DNA of 64,000 nucleotides from NCBI RefSeq assembly GCF_006345805.1, contig NC_042999.1:57164001-57228000 (forward strand), read 5' to 3'. The DNA comes from Octopus sinensis (Eukaryota). The notes under the pieces are model-generated. The model did not search any database. It was not told the DNA's origin and worked only from the letters and a program-made list of their open reading frames with translations. The translations under genes and the position numbers were made by a program. Positions 1 through 12,173 of the stretch are shown here, piece by piece (within the stretch, counting starts at the first letter, position 1; each line of letters starts with the position of its first letter).

Positions 1-991
1 ATGACACCGCCACCACTGACAACGACAAAGTCAATGATGGTGATGGTGATCCAGGAAAATTTTACCTGATTTTATTAAAAATTAGTAACCGATAACTTCT
101 AATGTATTAACCATTCATTCTAAAATAACCCATATTATACATATGTATATATATATTTACAACCTATAGGGACTGATTAATTTTATATTTTATTTTTCTA
201 TGCGAGAGATATCAGATATTAGGATTTTGACTGGTAATTATAACAAACATGAAGATTTCTGTTAACCAAACAGAAACTTACTTTTTGAAAGGCAGTAAAA
301 TTAACTGAATCAGTGCCAATAGGATCTGAACTCAGAGCCAAAAGAAACAAAATCAAATAATAAATACACTTATCTTGGTGCTATACCAATTTAGCTGTTT
401 TCACTGCACCATGAGAAAGAAACCATTAGAGCTTCAAACTTTTAACATAAAAACCACAGATGGATGAGGTTTTGAACAGAGTAGTTGAACATGTTTACAG
501 ATGTCAAGTGTGTGGTCTCTCAGCAACTGTTTAATAGGCTATTCTCAGTGGTTGTTGAGATTAGCAGGTTGTAACCAAAGTTATTGATATAGATTTTTTT
601 TAGGAAAGATTTTGTTGAGAAATATTGAACATATTGCCAGCAGAATTGTGCCAAGTGTAACAATCAGCCATTTCTACAAATAATATATCCGATCCATCAT
701 GGTCAATGCCTGGTTTTTAACTAGGGCCTTTATTCAAGAAGTAGGCTCAATATATTATAACAATCTACATGCTCATGTGTATACACAAACATACACACTC
801 ATAAACAATAAAAGAGCTTATATGCAGCAACACAACCTACCAAAAACAATAAATCTCTCTCAATTCAATCCTACTAGTTTTAAAAAGGGCAAAATAAATA
901 AACAAAAAAATGATAATCATCATCATTATCATATGCTCAGGGTTTTTTGTCTTGCAAGTTATTCAGTGACCATGTTGGTGCTGGTGTTATG

Positions 992-1219
992 TTAACCCTT
1001 TAGCATTCAGATTGATCTGTCAACTGTAAAGCCTGTTTAATTACATTGTTTTAAATTAATTGTACAGCATCTTGTAACTCTGAGATTTTGATGATGCCCT
1101 TGTTTATTTTTAGAATGACTTTGTAGGGTAGGTGTGAAAGGTCAGAGCTGGCTGGTTTGAGCATAAAACAGGAAGACAATTTTGGCCTCATATGGTTGGT
1201 TTAAACACTAAAGGGTTAA
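992..1219. mobile_element. piggyBac-like MITE
   Basis: TTAA-CCCTTTAG at 992-1003 and CTAAAGGG-TTAA at 1208-1219: TTAA target duplication plus CCC...GGG termini; no coding capacity. Confidence 0.6.
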
Positions 1220-1272
1220 ATCACATGCACCAGTGCCCAGTGTCACATAAAGGGCACTCAGTGTTCTCTGCA

Positions 1273-1420
1273 AAGTGGTTGGCATTAAGATGGGCATCCA
1301 GCTGCAGAAATAAAGTCCAAACATACAGCTGGTACCTGGTGCAGCTCTCTGGAATACCAGCTCTAACCAGACTGTCCAACCTATGCCAGCAAGGAAAACG
1401 GATGTTAAATGTTGATGATG
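1273..1420 (+). mobile_element. Decayed short element with RTE-type 3' tail
   Basis: Similar to the RTE 3' end at 5740-5897 (gggcatccagctg...gtccaac.catgc.agcat.gaaaacgga.g.taaa.gatgatg). Confidence 0.55.
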
Positions 1421-1624
1421 GAGAGGGAGGCTGGTATGCATGGATGACTACTGGTTTTCCATAAACAACCTTGTCTGGACTTATGCCTCAGAGGGGAACT
1501 TTCTAAGTGCAAAAGTGCAATCCCATGGTCATTCCTGACAAAGGCATCTTTTACCCTTTACATTTTTACTTGTTTACAACCGTTATGTAACATCAAGACA
1601 AGGATGCATGCACACACATACTTG

Positions 1625-1655
<31 letters not shown>

Positions 1656-1688
1656 CATATGTATATATATATATATACATATATATAT

Positions 1689-4276
1689 GTTGGACGACGT
1701 GCTGGGGGCTTCCATGGCGTGCATGGAGGCTACGGTTATGGTTCCCGCAACGAGGAGGGAACCAGGCTGCTGGAGTTCTGCGATGCGAATAGTCTTATGA
1801 TTTGCAACACTAACTTCAGGAAACCGACAAGCCACCTGGTCACCTACCGATCGGGCCGGCATACTAGCCAAATCGACTACATCCTTGCCAGAAAAAGGAA
1901 AGATGGCTGCTTATAAATGCCAAAACCTTCCCAAGTGAAGAATGCACCCCACAACATAGACTGGTAGTTAGTGACTTTAGGATCAGGACTAAGAGGGCGA
2001 CTAGAAGACGACCAACATGGAGAAGAAGGGTCTGGAAGCTTAAAGACCCTGCGAATGGACAGAGATTTAGAGATATGTTATTTGAAGCTTTAGACGAAAT
2101 GAAGGGAGTATAGCTACGCATGGGGTAGAAGACAACTGGACGCTTCTGAGGGACAACCTGCTGAAAGCCGCTGACCAGATCTGTGGCTGGTGCAAAGTCC
2201 CCTTAAGACCCAAAATAACGTGGTGGTGGAACAATATTGTTGACAGGGCTATTAGACAAAAGAAACAGGCTTGGAAGGCCTGGAAGAACGGTGGTAGCAG
2301 GGAAGTGTATCAGTCTGCCAGAAGGGAAGCCAGGAGACAGGTCTATCTAGCCAGAGGGGAAGCAGAGAAGGAAAAATTTGCCAATGTCCTGCGTCGTGAG
2401 GATGAAAGACTTGAGGTATTTCGTGTTGCAAGACAGTGTGTGAGAGAGAATCGTGACGTGGTAGGAGAGAAATGTGTTCGCATGGAGGATGGTTCACTTG
2501 CGTTAAATGAGGATGCAAAGAGAGAAGCTTGGAGACGCCACTATGAAAGGTTGCTGAATGAGGAAAATGAATGGGATAAGAGAGTCTGCCGAATGTCGAC
2601 CCAACAGAGGGACCAGCAATCCGAGTTAACAGTTCCTTAGTAGATAAGGCAATTAGAAGCATGAAAACAGGGAAAGCCCCAGGCCCATCAGGAATTACTG
2701 CAGAGATGCTCAAAATATCTGGTGGTGTCGGCTATAGCTTAGTCACCCGTATAGTTAACCAGGTGATACACGAGGGGTCATACCCAATGACTGGTGTAGC
2801 AGCATAATAGTCAACTGCTACAAAGGTAAAGGCGACGCCCTAGAGACAAATAACTACAGGGGCATCAAGCTGCTGGATCAGGTAATGAAGGTTACGGAGA
2901 GGGTTGTAGCCCAACTAATTAGAGAGAGAGTTACCTTAGATGATATGCAGTTTGGGTTCGTGCCAGGGAAAAGTACTACTGATGCTATATTCCTGGTAAG
3001 ACAGCTGCAGGAGAAATACCTAGCCAAAGATAAGCCCTTGTACCTGGCTTTTGTTGACTTGGAGAAAGCCTTTGACAGGGTCCCCCGGTCCCTTATCTGG
3101 TGGTCAATGAGGAAACTAGGGATAGAAGAATGGTTGGTGAGAGCTGTGCAAGCCATGTACAGAGACGCTGCTAGTAAGGTGAGGGTTGGCAACGAGTACA
3201 GTGAAGAATTCCGGGTAGAGGTTGGTGTCCACCAAGGTTCAGTCCTCAGTCCCCTCCTATTTATCATAGTCCTCCAGGCAATAACGGAGGAATTCAAGAC
3301 AGGTTGCCCCTGGGAGCTCCTCTATGCTGATGACCTTGCTCTAATTGCTGAGTCACTATCAGAACTGGAGGAGAAGTTTCAGGTGTGGAAACAAGGATTA
3401 GAATCGAAGGGCCTTAGAATCAACCTAGCCAAAACCAAAGTTCTAATAAGTAGGAAGGTAGATCAATCACAAACGCCTTCAGGTAGATGGCCCTGCTCGA
3501 TCTGTAAAAAAGGTGTAGGTAGAAACTCTATAAGATGCACCAAGTGTAAGCTATGGACACATAAGAGGTGCAGCAATGTCAAAGGAAGGCTAACTAGGAA
3601 AATAGTTTTTGTCTGTGGCAAATGCTCAGGAGCAATAAACACTGGAAATATGCAGAGACCAACTTCTGCCACGTTCCAGGGAGACAAACTAGAAGTAGTT
3701 GATAGCTTCCGCTACCTAGGAGACCAAGTCAGTAGCGGGGGTGGGTGTGCTGAAAGTGTAACTGCTAGAGTAAGAATAGCCTGGGCAAAGTTTAGAGAGC
3801 TCTTACCCCTGCTGGTGACAAAAGGCCTCTCGCTCAGAGTAAAAGGCAGACTGTATGATGCATGTGTACGTACAGCCATGCTACATGGTAGTGAAACATG
3901 GGCCGTGACTGCTGAGGATATGCGTAAGCTCGCAAGAAATGAAGCCAGTATGCTCCGATGGATGTGTAATGTCAGTGTTCATAATCGTCAGAGTGTAAGT
4001 TCCTTGAGAGAAAAGTTGAACCTAAGAAGCGTCAGTTGTGGCGTGCAAGAGAGACGGCTGCGCTGGTATGGTCATGTGACAAGAAAGGCTGAAGATAGTT
4101 GTGTGCAAAAGTGCTACACCCTAGCAGTGGAGGGAACCTGTGGAAGAGGTAGACCCAGGAAAACCTGGGACGAGGTGGTGAAGCACGACCTTCGAACTTT
4201 AGGTCTCACTAAGGAAATGTCTAGAGACCGAGACCTATGGAAGTATGCTGTGCATGAGAAGACCCGGCAAGACTAG
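1689..4276 (+). pseudogene. RTE EN-RT reading frame, broken by four apparent 1-nt deletions; uninterrupted 463-aa part at 2885-4276
   Basis: Motifs QFGFVPGKSTTDAIF, FVDLEKAFDRV, GVHQGSVLSPLLF, LLYADD, GLRINLAKTK, FRYLG, RRLRWYGHV, GRGRPRKTW. Frame changes near 1898, 2099, 2579, 2776 with no in-frame stop between them. Confidence 0.9.
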
Positions 4277-4305
4277 TCAGGCCATAACCCGTGGCCCCGA
4301 CCGGG

Positions 4306-5720
4306 GACGTAGTCAGTCCTGTGCATACCTTCCTTCTTGTGACACTTATGAAGACCTGTTGAGGCAAGTGAAAATCAAATCAAATCAAAACAAATCAAAA
4401 TAGATGAACATCAGTGGAATTGTATTCTTTGTGGTACCAGTGCCGGTGGCACACAAGAAAACCACCCAAACGTGGCCGTAACCAGTACCGCATCGACTGG
4501 CCTCCGTGCTGTGGGCACAACACACACCATCCGATCGTGGCCGTTCGCCAGCCTCATCTGGCACCTGTGCCGGTGGCACATAAAGACACCATCCGAAGAC
4601 CCGGCGACGTAGTCAGTCCACCTGTGCATACCTTCCCTCTTATGACACTTGTGAAGACCTGTTGAGGCAAGTGTGTGACACTTGTGAAGACCTGTTGAGG
4701 CAGAGGCAAGTGTGTGACACTTGTGGAGACCTGTTGAGGCAAGTGTGTGACCCTTGTGAAGACCTGTTGAGGCAAGTGAAATCAAACCAAATCAAAATAG
4801 ATGATATCAATGGAATTTGTATCTTTGTGGTTCCAGTACCGGTGGCACACAAGAAAACCATCCGAACGTGGCCGTAGCTGGTACCGCATCGACTGGCCTC
4901 CGTGCTATGGGCACAACAAACACCACCTGATCGTGGCCGTTCGCCAGCCTCACCTGGCACCTGTGTCGGTGGCACATAAAAACACCATCCAAAGACCCGG
5001 CGACGTAGTCAGTCCACCTGTGCATACCTTCCCTCTTATGACACTTGTGAAGACCTGTTGAGGCAGAGGCAAGTGTGTGACACTTTGTGAAGACCTGTTG
5101 AGGCAGAGGCAAGTGTGTGACACTTGTGGAGACCTGTTGAGGCAAGTGAAAATCAAACCAAATCAAAATAGATGAACATCAATGGAATTTGTATCTTTGT
5201 GGTTCCAGTACCGGTGGCACACAAGAAAACCATCCGATCGTGGCCGTTCGCCAGCCACATCTGGCACCTGTGTCGGTGGCACATAAAGACACCATCCGAA
5301 GACCCGGCGACGTAGACAGTCCACCTGTGCATACCTTCCTTCTTGTGACCTTGTGAAGACCTGTTGAGGCAAGTGAAAATCAAATCAAATCAAATCAAAA
5401 CAAATCAAAATAGATGAACATAAATGGAATTTGTATCTTTGTGGTACCAGTGCCGGTGGCACACAAGAAAATCATCCGAACGTGGCCGTAGCCAGTACCG
5501 CATAGACTGGCCTCCGTGCTTTGGGGACGTAACAAACACCATCCGATCGTGGCCGTCCGCCAGCCTCATCTGGCACCTGTGTCGGTGGCACTAAAAACAC
5601 CATCCGAGCGTGGCCGTCTGCCAGCCTCGTCTGGCACCTGTGTCGGTGGCACATAAAGACACCATCGAGCGTGGCCGTTCGCCAGCCTCGTCTGGCACCT
5701 GTGTCGTGGCACATAAAATC
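4306..5720 (+). repeat. Nested tandem duplications in the E1 3' UTR
   Basis: Block starting gacgtag.cagtcc recurs near 4306, 4606, 5002, 5310; inside are ~30-36 bp gacacttgtgaagacctgttgaggca units and ~60 bp gccagcctc.tctggcacctgtg.cggtggcac units. Confidence 0.87.
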
Positions 5721-5949
5721 ACCCACTACACTCTCGGAGTGGTTGGCGTTAGGAAGGGCATCCAGCTGTAGAAACACTGCCAGATCTGACTGGCCTGGTG
5801 CAGCCTTCGGGCTCCCCAGACCCCAGTTGAACCGTCCAACCCATGCTAGCATGGAAAACGGACGCTAAATGATGATGATGATGATGATGATGATGATACA
5901 CTGCATATGCATATATACATACATATATACATATACATATATATAAACA

Positions 5950-6932
5950 TGTGGTGAAGCATGACCTTCGAACTCTAGGTCTCACCAAGGAAATGACCAG
6001 AGACCGAGACCTATGGAAGTATGCTGTACGTGAGAAGACCCGGCAAAACCAGTGAGAACAATCAAAATCAAATCATATATCAGAAAGCAGGGGTTAAGTG
6101 ACCCATCCGTTCGTGTCCGCTGTCAGCCTCGTCTGGCACCCGTGCTGGTGATACGTAAAAGCACCATTCGCTCGTGGCCGTTTGCCAGCTCTGCCTGGCC
6201 CCGTGTCGGTGGTACGTAAAAGCACCATCCGTTCGTGTTCGTTGCCAGCCTCGCCTGGCCCCGTGCTGGTGACACATAAAAGCACCGTCCGTTCGTGGCC
6301 ATTTGCCAGCTTTGTCTGGCCCCGTGTCGGTGGCACGTAAAGGCACCATCCGTTCGTGGCCGTTTGCCAGCTCTGTCTGGCCCCATGTCGGTGGCACGTA
6401 AAAGCACCATCCGTTCGTGTCCGTTGCCAGCCTCGGCTGGCCCCCGTGCCGGTGACACGTAAAAGCACCGTCCGCTCGTGGCCGCTTGCCAGCTCTGTCT
6501 GGCAACCGTGTCGGTGGCACGTAAAAGCACCATCCGTTCGCGTCCGTTGCCAGCCTCGGCTGGCCCCCGTGCCGGTGACACGTAAAAGCACCGTCCGCTC
6601 GTGGCCGCTTGCCAGCTCTGTCTGGCCCCGTGTCGGTGGCACGTAAAAGCACCATCCGTTCGTGTCCGTTGCCAGCATCGCCTGGCCCCGTGCTGGTGAC
6701 ACGTAAAAGCACCATCTGTTCGTGGCCGTTCGCCAGCTCTGTCTGGCACCCGTGCAGGTGGCACATAAAAAACACCCACTACACTCGCGGAGTGGTTAGC
6801 GTTAGGAAGGGCATCCAGCCGTAGAAACACTGCCAGATCTGACTGGGCCTGACGAAGCCTTCCAGCTTCACAGACCCCAGTTGACCCGTCCAACCCATGC
6901 TAGCATGGAAAGCGGACGCTAAACGATGATGA
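5950..6932 (+). mobile_element. Second RTE copy, 3' end only (E2)
   Basis: Encodes the ORF C-terminus (VVKHDLRTLGLTKEMTRDRDLWKYAVREKTRQ), then minisatellite 3' UTR, conserved RTE tail and GAT repeats. Confidence 0.88.
6103..6775 (+). repeat. GC-rich ~61-bp minisatellite, 11 units of two types (A/B)
   Basis: Order read by eye: A B A B B A B A B A B. A contains ccagcctcg.ctggc...cgtgc(c/t)ggtgacacg; B contains ccagctctgtctggc...cgtgtcggtggcacg. Confidence 0.92.
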
Positions 6933-7009
6933 TATACATACATATATATATATATACATACACTGCATATGCATATATACATACATATATACATATACAT
7001 ATATATAAC

Positions 7010-7040
<31 letters not shown>

Positions 7041-7047
7041 GATATAT

Positions 7048-7078
<31 letters not shown>

Positions 7079-7090
7079 ATATAATATACA

Positions 7091-7128
<38 letters not shown>

Positions 7129-7192
7129 CATACATATATATATATATACTACATATATATATAATATATATACATACATTATATATATATAT

Positions 7193-7236
<44 letters not shown>

Positions 7237-7368
7237 CTACATATATATATATATATATATAATATTATTATAAATGAGGGTGAAAAATCGATATTAATTT
7301 ACTAATACCATTAATTTAACACCAAGTGGCTTAGCACAAAAAACTACGGAGAAAATACAAATTTATAC

Positions 7369-7764
<396 letters not shown>

Positions 7765-8099
7765 CATACATATATATATATGCATATTGCATGCATAGAT
7801 ATACATACATTTATACGCATATACATATAAATATATGTACATTATAATAATAATTTTTATATCATCTCAGCTTAACAACCCTCATCGTTTGTTTTTACTG
7901 TTTTGTTCTCATTGTTCTGTCTTTTACTGTTTTTACTTTTTTATTGTTTTTACTGTTTTGTGTTTTTTCTCTCACTGTCCTGTTCTTGTTACCATTTTCA
8001 CCCTCCGCAAAAAATCCCAAATTTTATTTAATTTGCTTTGCGGGGAGGACTGTTTCAATGAAGTCGTGTCTTGTCCTTGCCTTTGAAACATGATGTAGT

Positions 8100-8320
8100 T
8101 GAAACAGGGACAACTGAAGAAGGGGAATATTCTTTATATTGCATGTCTCATTTCTCTGTTTGTTTGTTTTCGTTGTCCAAAACAAAGTTTGTTTCTATGC
8201 TTTTGTTTTTATGTTTTCATTTCTCATTGTGTTCAATGCTTTTTTGATATCCTGTACCTATATATGCATGTATATATACATATATATGTAGGTATGTACA
8301 TACATGTATGTATATATGCA
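8100..8320 (+). repeat. Interspersed repeat of unknown class; related copy at ~18992-19215
   Basis: Both copies run gaaacaggg...tgaagaagg...T-rich...tcctgtac..atatatgcatgtatatatacatat...gtaggtatgtacata. Confidence 0.5.
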
Positions 8321-8361
8321 TACATTTATATTATTATTATTATTATTATATATGTATATAT

Positions 8362-8478
8362 AGATGGCCTTGCTCGATCTGTAGAAAAGGTGTAAGTAGA
8401 AACTCCATAAGATGTACCCAGTGTAAGCTATGGATGCATAAAAGGTCCATCAACATCAAAGGAAGCTTAACTGGGATG
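8362..8478 (+). mobile_element. Isolated RTE fragment encoding most of the PHD-like finger
   Basis: RWPCSICRKGVSRNSIRCTQCKLWMHKRSINIKGSLTG matches E1 at about 3485-3600. Confidence 0.8.
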
Positions 8479-8802
8479 CATTTCATCCACACATAAATAT
8501 CCATTATGACTTGTCCTATATATAAAGCTGTTACACTGAGAAGTGGGATGGTCCACTAATAAATAGTGGACTGACACAGTCAGTAATGTCAGTCAGTGAG
8601 GCACGCTGTTCAGGCCAGTCTCGCAGAGATGACGAAATGTGTTGTCATAATGCGGGACATAACAATAAGTATATCACAATATACTAATTTTATTCAATAT
8701 ACAGTCACTGCATATGTTTCCTATGGTAACATAAATGGGTTCTGTATAGATGCTACAATTTTCATGTAATAAAATATAGATAGTGGCACTATACAGTATA
8801 TA

Positions 8803-9368
8803 TTGGATTGTCTGGAAAGTTTGTGCCGATTTTTAAAGGAAAGAAAAAGGTCAATAAATACTTGCCATTACATTTTTAATCAACCAAATATGAACCATTT
8901 TGTTGCACAATGCGTCTCCATCTTTCCCTTAACTTGAAAATACCCTCTTCCCAGAATTGAGGTGGTTTCATGGCAAAGAATTCATCATGGTATCTTTTTA
9001 TGCCATCCAACGAATTGAAATTTTTACCATTAAGACTATTCTGCAGAGATCTGAATAAGTGGAAATCCGAAGGAGCAATATCTGGTGAAAATGGAGGGTG
9101 GGGTAACACATCCCAGCTAAGCTGCAGCAATTTTTGTCTGGTTCCAAAAGCATCAAGTGCCGAAAATGAACTTTCTTATCTTCCATTTTAAAGGGTTACA
9201 GAATTAACACAGGTTATAGGAATATAAACCTTCTTCCAAGAAAAGATAGCTTAAACTGTGCTCTAAATGGAGGTGTAGTCAAATCCTATTTTATGGACTC
9301 AACCATGTTCTAAAATAAGTCGAAAGGTAAGCTACAATGAATCGGCACGAACTTTCCGGACAACCCAA
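8803..9368 (-). mobile_element. Internally deleted mariner (DD34D-type) element
   Basis: 29-bp TIRs (ttggattgtctggaaagtttgtgccgatt / aatcggcacgaactttccggacaacccaa, 3 mismatches), TA on both sides; N-terminal MEDKKVHFRHLML joined to WDVLPHPPFSPDIAPSDFHLFRSL...RWRRIVQQNGSY. Confidence 0.92.
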
Positions 9369-11808
9369 TATTTCATACATTGCAAGTATACATTGTACAG
9401 TGCATCATATATTACAAAACATAATTTAAGCATTCTTTCATGGAGTGTTTTTTATAAACATAGTTGGAATGCAATATCCTTAGTTGTTCTTATTATATAT
9501 ACACAGTTTCTAGTTTAATTAAGCAGACCTTTTATTACATCTTTTATGAAGGTTTCATTTCCCATCAGATTTCATTGATCATTACTTTTTTCTGTGTAGA
9601 ACCTCAGATTCTAACTTCTAGAATATAAATACATAAAGAAATTTAGCACAGAAGATGAAAAATAACACATGTTGTTTTGTATTTTCATCCCCAAAAAGGA
9701 GTTGAACTCATGGAATTCTCTGTTAGTTCTACCACTGAATTATGTGATAAAATATTATGTAAGCAATAAGCAAGTCAAAAGAGAAAGAAATTCATATATG
9801 TAGTAACACAATGAAGTTTATTATGGAAGATTCCTACACCACAAAGTACTTATTTGGGGAACAGAGAAAGGGAAGGGATACAGGGATTGTATGTCTACTT
9901 GAAGAAACCAACAGAGAATCATATGTTATGTTACTGGGTAAAGAGAAATCTATCACTCTTGTAGGTTACGGTTGTTGTTTAGTTCCAAGTCAGTCCTAAC
10001 TAATCTGACATATGATCAGAGACATTCCAGTCAGTTGTTATCATGCCATACAAAAAAGAGACATTATTTTTTTTCCCCCTTTCTTGTTAGACAGTGGACT
10101 ATGTTCGTGGAAGATTGAGAAACAATGTAGAAGGTTTCTCAGACATCTAGGTATGAGTGTTAAGAAAGACCAAAGATGGTTGAACAAATACTTAATCTGA
10201 GGTTAGCTTTGCCTTTCATCCTTCTTAGGTCAGTGTGAGTCTGCTGCCCTAACCACTGGGCAATTGCGCATCCAAAGATAAGTAATTACTTCATCAAAAT
10301 CTCGAGGCCACAAATTAATGGTGGTTAAATCAAAACACTGTAAATGAATAATCATTTCTTTGACTTGGCAGAGTAACTTGAATGCTAAAGAGTTAAAACC
10401 TTGTAAAGAGTCAAGCAAAGTGTCCTTCCTGTTTGATTATGCATTCAAAAAATTCTGCATGTATTCATCCTTAAACTAAATAATTGTCTCAAAATTAACA
10501 ATAAAAAGCTCATCTCTGAGTTAAAAGAATCTATTAGGAAGACTTTAAAAAAAGAAAAGCTGTTTTTGTTTTTCTTTTAGGAATAAAATAGCTAGCATTT
10601 GAGATTTCTCAATAGTTTAATAACCATTCAGAAGGGAGTGTATCTAGTCAGAGAGATATTCACTGTGGCTCATTTGCCATCTGTTGGCAAATCCTCATGC
10701 TACTTCATGCTACCCCAAGGTACACAGCTTCAACCTAACGAACCAGCATTTTGTTATTGTTTTGATGTTGTTGTTTTTACTACAAGCACTTAGGTCCATG
10801 GCCAATTGTTTGTTTAACTTGTAACCTTATCCTGTTGAACATCTCTCCCTATAGACCAGAGATGTAGTAGGAAAAGAGCAAGGAAGAACATGCCAGATTG
10901 GCTAAAGAAATGACTCTGCAAAACTGTAACAACAGAGGATGTAACAAATTAACACACACACACACAAAATGAATCAACAAAAAAAAAAAAGCTACTTATA
11001 TTCCCTGGCTAAAAGAGAATATTATCTCTTTGTTTGGTAAATTCAACAAGAAAATATACATTAAAAAAAGGGAAGAAACAAAAAAAAAAACAAGCGAAGA
11101 GGTCAAGATGGGGAACAGGGAGAAGAGATACATGGAAATGTTATGATACACATTATATAAACAAACTAAGATATCACTATTGTGAACTAACATAATGCAA
11201 GTCAATTGGTGGTTATTTTCTTAGAACACTGCAAGCATGATTTGCTTTCTTTCATTCGTAGCATATACAAACAACTGAGTATTTATTTCCACAAAGGCTA
11301 CCATCTTTGATATGCGATATTCTATATACTCTCTCTCTCTCTCTATTCATTTCTCCCTTCCAGTCTTACAGTAATTCCTAATGTTATAAAGAAATGGATG
11401 TTTCATCTTATTTCAATTTATTTATGTATGTCCATGAACAAAAGGCACTCATATATATCTGCCCACGCATACACACATAACCCACATAGAAATGCATTAG
11501 CCAAGACTTTCACAACCCACGCATGCATCATTCTCGCACACCTACTCTCATACAAATCAATCTACATGCACGCACATATATAACTCAATGTTACACGCCT
11601 ACACATGCTCACACACAGATTATCCTGCACATGCCCACAAGTATACTTAAGCACACAGGTCAAGATCGGTTTTGCAACAAATTGAAATAGGAACAATGTA
11701 CAGACTAGATTAAGTTTCTGATAAAGATCTCAAGATGCTGAGGTGAATAAACCCTGCTTTTAATGCAATTTTAGTGATCCAGATCAAAGTACAACCACGC
11801 CATAAATG

Positions 11809-11895
11809 CTAAAGCATCTGCTGTACTTGGCCAAATACCATAACAATGCATGCAATGAGCCAGGGAAGAAACTTGTATGCAGTAACACTATCTGC
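11809..11895 (-). CDS. Candidate terminal coding exon of an unidentified host gene
   Basis: Acceptor ttgctttttcag, then ADSVTAYKFLPWLIACIVMVFGQVQQML-stop with a hydrophobic stretch. Confidence 0.3.
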   Translation of the reverse strand, partial: ADSVTAYKFLPWLIACIVMVFGQVQQML

Positions 11896-12173
11896 CTGAA
11901 AAAGCAACCAAAATTACCCTTTAAGCTTCACCCTACTATTCTTAATATATTCATATAGTTCCTGGAATAGATGTGTAGTTTAGACATTTGCTTTGCATCC
12001 ATACAATTTCAGGTTGTATGGTGCACAGCATCAACAGCAAGTGTTTTCTGTTTTAGACTTGGGTTGAACTAATGTGAACTGACACAACTGTTAAGCGTGC
12101 TACACAAAATGCTTAGCAGCATTTCTTCCAGCTCTTTATGTTCTGAATTAAAGTCGCACCAAGGTTGACTTTA

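Larger units (their letters stand above)
1687..5897 (+). mobile_element. RTE-clade LINE, 5'-truncated within the endonuclease (copy E1)
   Basis: APE endonuclease C-terminus (GFHGVHGGYGYGSRNEEG...SQIDYIL), RT with YADD, long repetitive 3' UTR, (GAT)n tail at 5869-5897; 5' end abuts (TA)n. Confidence 0.93.

Noticed and set aside
420-780. Coding-like composition near the window start
   Set aside because: All frames are interrupted and no family motif was recognised.
6103-6775. CRISPR-like or complete HDV-like ribozyme reading of the 61-bp array
   Set aside because: There are no unique spacers and the context is eukaryotic. For HDV, L3 is too short and the best P2 register leaves no room for P4 or the catalytic C.
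4385-6893. Overlapping 60-256-aa ORFs on both strands in the RTE 3' UTR arrays (also 28707-29541)
   Set aside because: They result from GC-rich tandem repeats; there is no domain signal, and frames shift with unit length.
8050-8135. Permuted hammerhead (GTC-TTGTCCTT...AGGGACAA-CTGAAGA)
   Set aside because: Helix I and the 5' core are plausible, but no proper GAAA/helix III or closing helix II could be assigned.
9794-10150. Plus-strand exon pair; similar plus-strand candidates at 14866, 23699, 32881 and 63741
   Set aside because: Splice-like signals are present, but no consistent open chain or recognisable protein emerged; they are expected by chance in AT-rich DNA.
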